Of a stretch of 64,000 nt of DNA, positions 62,915 to 64,000 are shown piece by piece. A program made the position numbers and the translations under genes. The stretch comes from Ignatzschineria sp. (GTDB lineage Bacteria; Pseudomonadota; Gammaproteobacteria; Cardiobacteriales; Wohlfahrtiimonadaceae). The stretch is taken from the NCBI GenBank assembly GCA_030150405.1, contig JASLFU010000039.1, forward strand, positions 182-64,181, in the 5' to 3' direction. The notes beneath the pieces were generated by a model. It was not told the origin of the DNA, did not search any database, and saw only the letters and a program-made list of their open reading frames with translations. Each line of letters starts with the position of its first letter. Within the stretch, counting starts at the first letter, position 1.

Positions 62915-63773
62915 TGTTAGAAATCGACGGGTTGTTTACACTTCAATGTTAAAATAATTTTCTAAAATTTCATAAGGTGTTAATCCATTAATACCCTTAT
63001 GAGGTTTTACTGTATTGTAATAGTTCAGAAATCGTTTAAGCTTCTTTTTTCGATCCTCTGAATTTACAAATTCTTCTTGATTATGCCACATTTCCATTAG
63101 CGTTCGGATAACTCTTTCAGCTTTTCCATTCGTTTGAGGGCAAGCGGGTTTTGTGAATTTTTGGTTGATTTTATGCGATAAGCACATTTCAACAAAGGCA
63201 TGTTCTATTGTGCCTTTGTATTCTCTTCCATTATCTGAATAAATACACTCTACAGTGTATGGACACTGTTCTAGAAGATCCCAGTGAAGAAAGTTGGCGG
63301 CGCTAAACTGAGATTTATCAGGATAAATTCCGGCATAAAGCTCTCTTGAAAAATCATTAATCCCTACAAACAAATATTCTCTAGTGCGATTTTTAAGATC
63401 CCCTTTCAAAAGAGGCAATCGCTTGGTATCCACATGCACCATCTCGCCAGGATAATTTTTATTGTAACGTTTCGCCTGTTTTCTAAGCCTCTCTTCAATC
63501 GCTTTTTCAACCTTAGTGAGACGTTTAATACCATATTTTATCGTTCTATAGCGCTCATTTTTACTGGCTAGAGGAACAAATAAATTGAGGCGACCTTGTT
63601 TCAATACTTTATAAATTGTCGGTCGGCTCACCATAAAACGTTCCGCTAAATAAGTTACGGTAAGTTTTTCATGGTGATGTAATCGCCAAATCTCTTCTCG
63701 ATGAAATGGCGTTAGTTTTGTTTTTCGATGGATATTCATAACAGTATTTTCTCCTAAATACTGTAAACAACGC
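62915..63773 (-). mobile_element. IS481-family insertion sequence (one end apparently interrupted)
   Basis: Left end TGTTAGAAATCGACGGGTTGTTTACA (62915-62940); inverted TGTAAACAACGC at 63762-63773; single transposase. Confidence 0.75.
62936..63739 (-). CDS. IS481-family DDE transposase (integrase core domain)
   Basis: N-terminal HTH; PGE.VH.DTK, SDNG.EY, PQTNGKAERVIRTL, YYN..KPH. Confidence 0.9.
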   Translation of the reverse strand: MNIHRKTKLTPFHREEIWRLHHHEKLTVTYLAERFMVSRPTIYKVLKQGRLNLFVPLASKNERYRTIKYGIKRLTKVEKAIEERLRKQAKRYNKNYPGEMVHVDTKRLPLLKGDLKNRTREYLFVGINDFSRELYAGIYPDKSQFSAANFLHWDLLEQCPYTVECIYSDNGREYKGTIEHAFVEMCLSHKINQKFTKPACPQTNGKAERVIRTLMEMWHNQEEFVNSEDRKKKLKRFLNYYNTVKPHKGINGLTPYEILENYFNIEV

Positions 63774-64000
63774 TGTAATCTCCCCTAAAAATAATACCGA
63801 CTATAAGTAGAATTTTCTCGTATTATTTACTTAGGAGAAATTAACTATGAAAAAATCAAAATTCACAGACACACAAATCATGTCAATCTTAAAGCAGAAT
63901 GAATCAGGCGTGAAAGTGACCGATTTATGTCGAGAGCATGGGATTAGTTCGGCGACATTTTATAAGTGGCGTTCAAAATATGGTGGTATGGATGCCTCGA
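63774..64000 (+). mobile_element. IS3-family (IS407-like) element, left end; runs off the window
   Basis: TGTAATCTCCCC.. IRL-like start; AGGAGA RBS; orfA begins at 63847. Confidence 0.75.
63847..64000 (+). CDS. IS3-family transposase OrfA (partial; not in the ORF track)
   Basis: Translates to MKKSKFTDTQIMSILKQNESGVKVTDLCREHGISSATFYKWRSKYGGMDAS. Confidence 0.9.
   Translation, partial: MKKSKFTDTQIMSILKQNESGVKVTDLCREHGISSATFYKWRSKYGGMDAS

Overview
Chromosomal segment of a gammaproteobacterium. The proteins resemble the Ignatzschineria/Wohlfahrtiimonas group, but that is an impression, not a computed result. Bases 1 to about 49,200 are mostly housekeeping: tsaE, a MATE pump, uvrC, coaD-queG, glyS-gmhB-plsC-rsmD, hemE, rpsB-tsf, mog, a complete nuoA-N operon, proS, tsaB, ettA, qor, a stand-alone MnmC oxidase domain and modE. 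An AT-rich pair of glycosyltransferase genes, one frameshifted, interrupts this stretch. From about 49,200 the window becomes accessory: a candidate structured sRNA, an autotransporter plus OmpA-like lipoprotein pair with a terminator in its leader, and an AT-rich island. The island holds three small membrane-protein genes, a symmetric repeat cluster, and an AVAST type I (Avs1)-like anti-phage operon (MBL hydrolase, trypsin-protease-STAND NTPase, and two tandem small Avs1c-like genes). It ends with a decayed gene, an IS481-family element and the start of an IS3-family element that appears to have inserted into the IS481 end. No tRNA, rRNA or CRISPR array was seen. All family calls come from motif recognition by eye; no searches were run.
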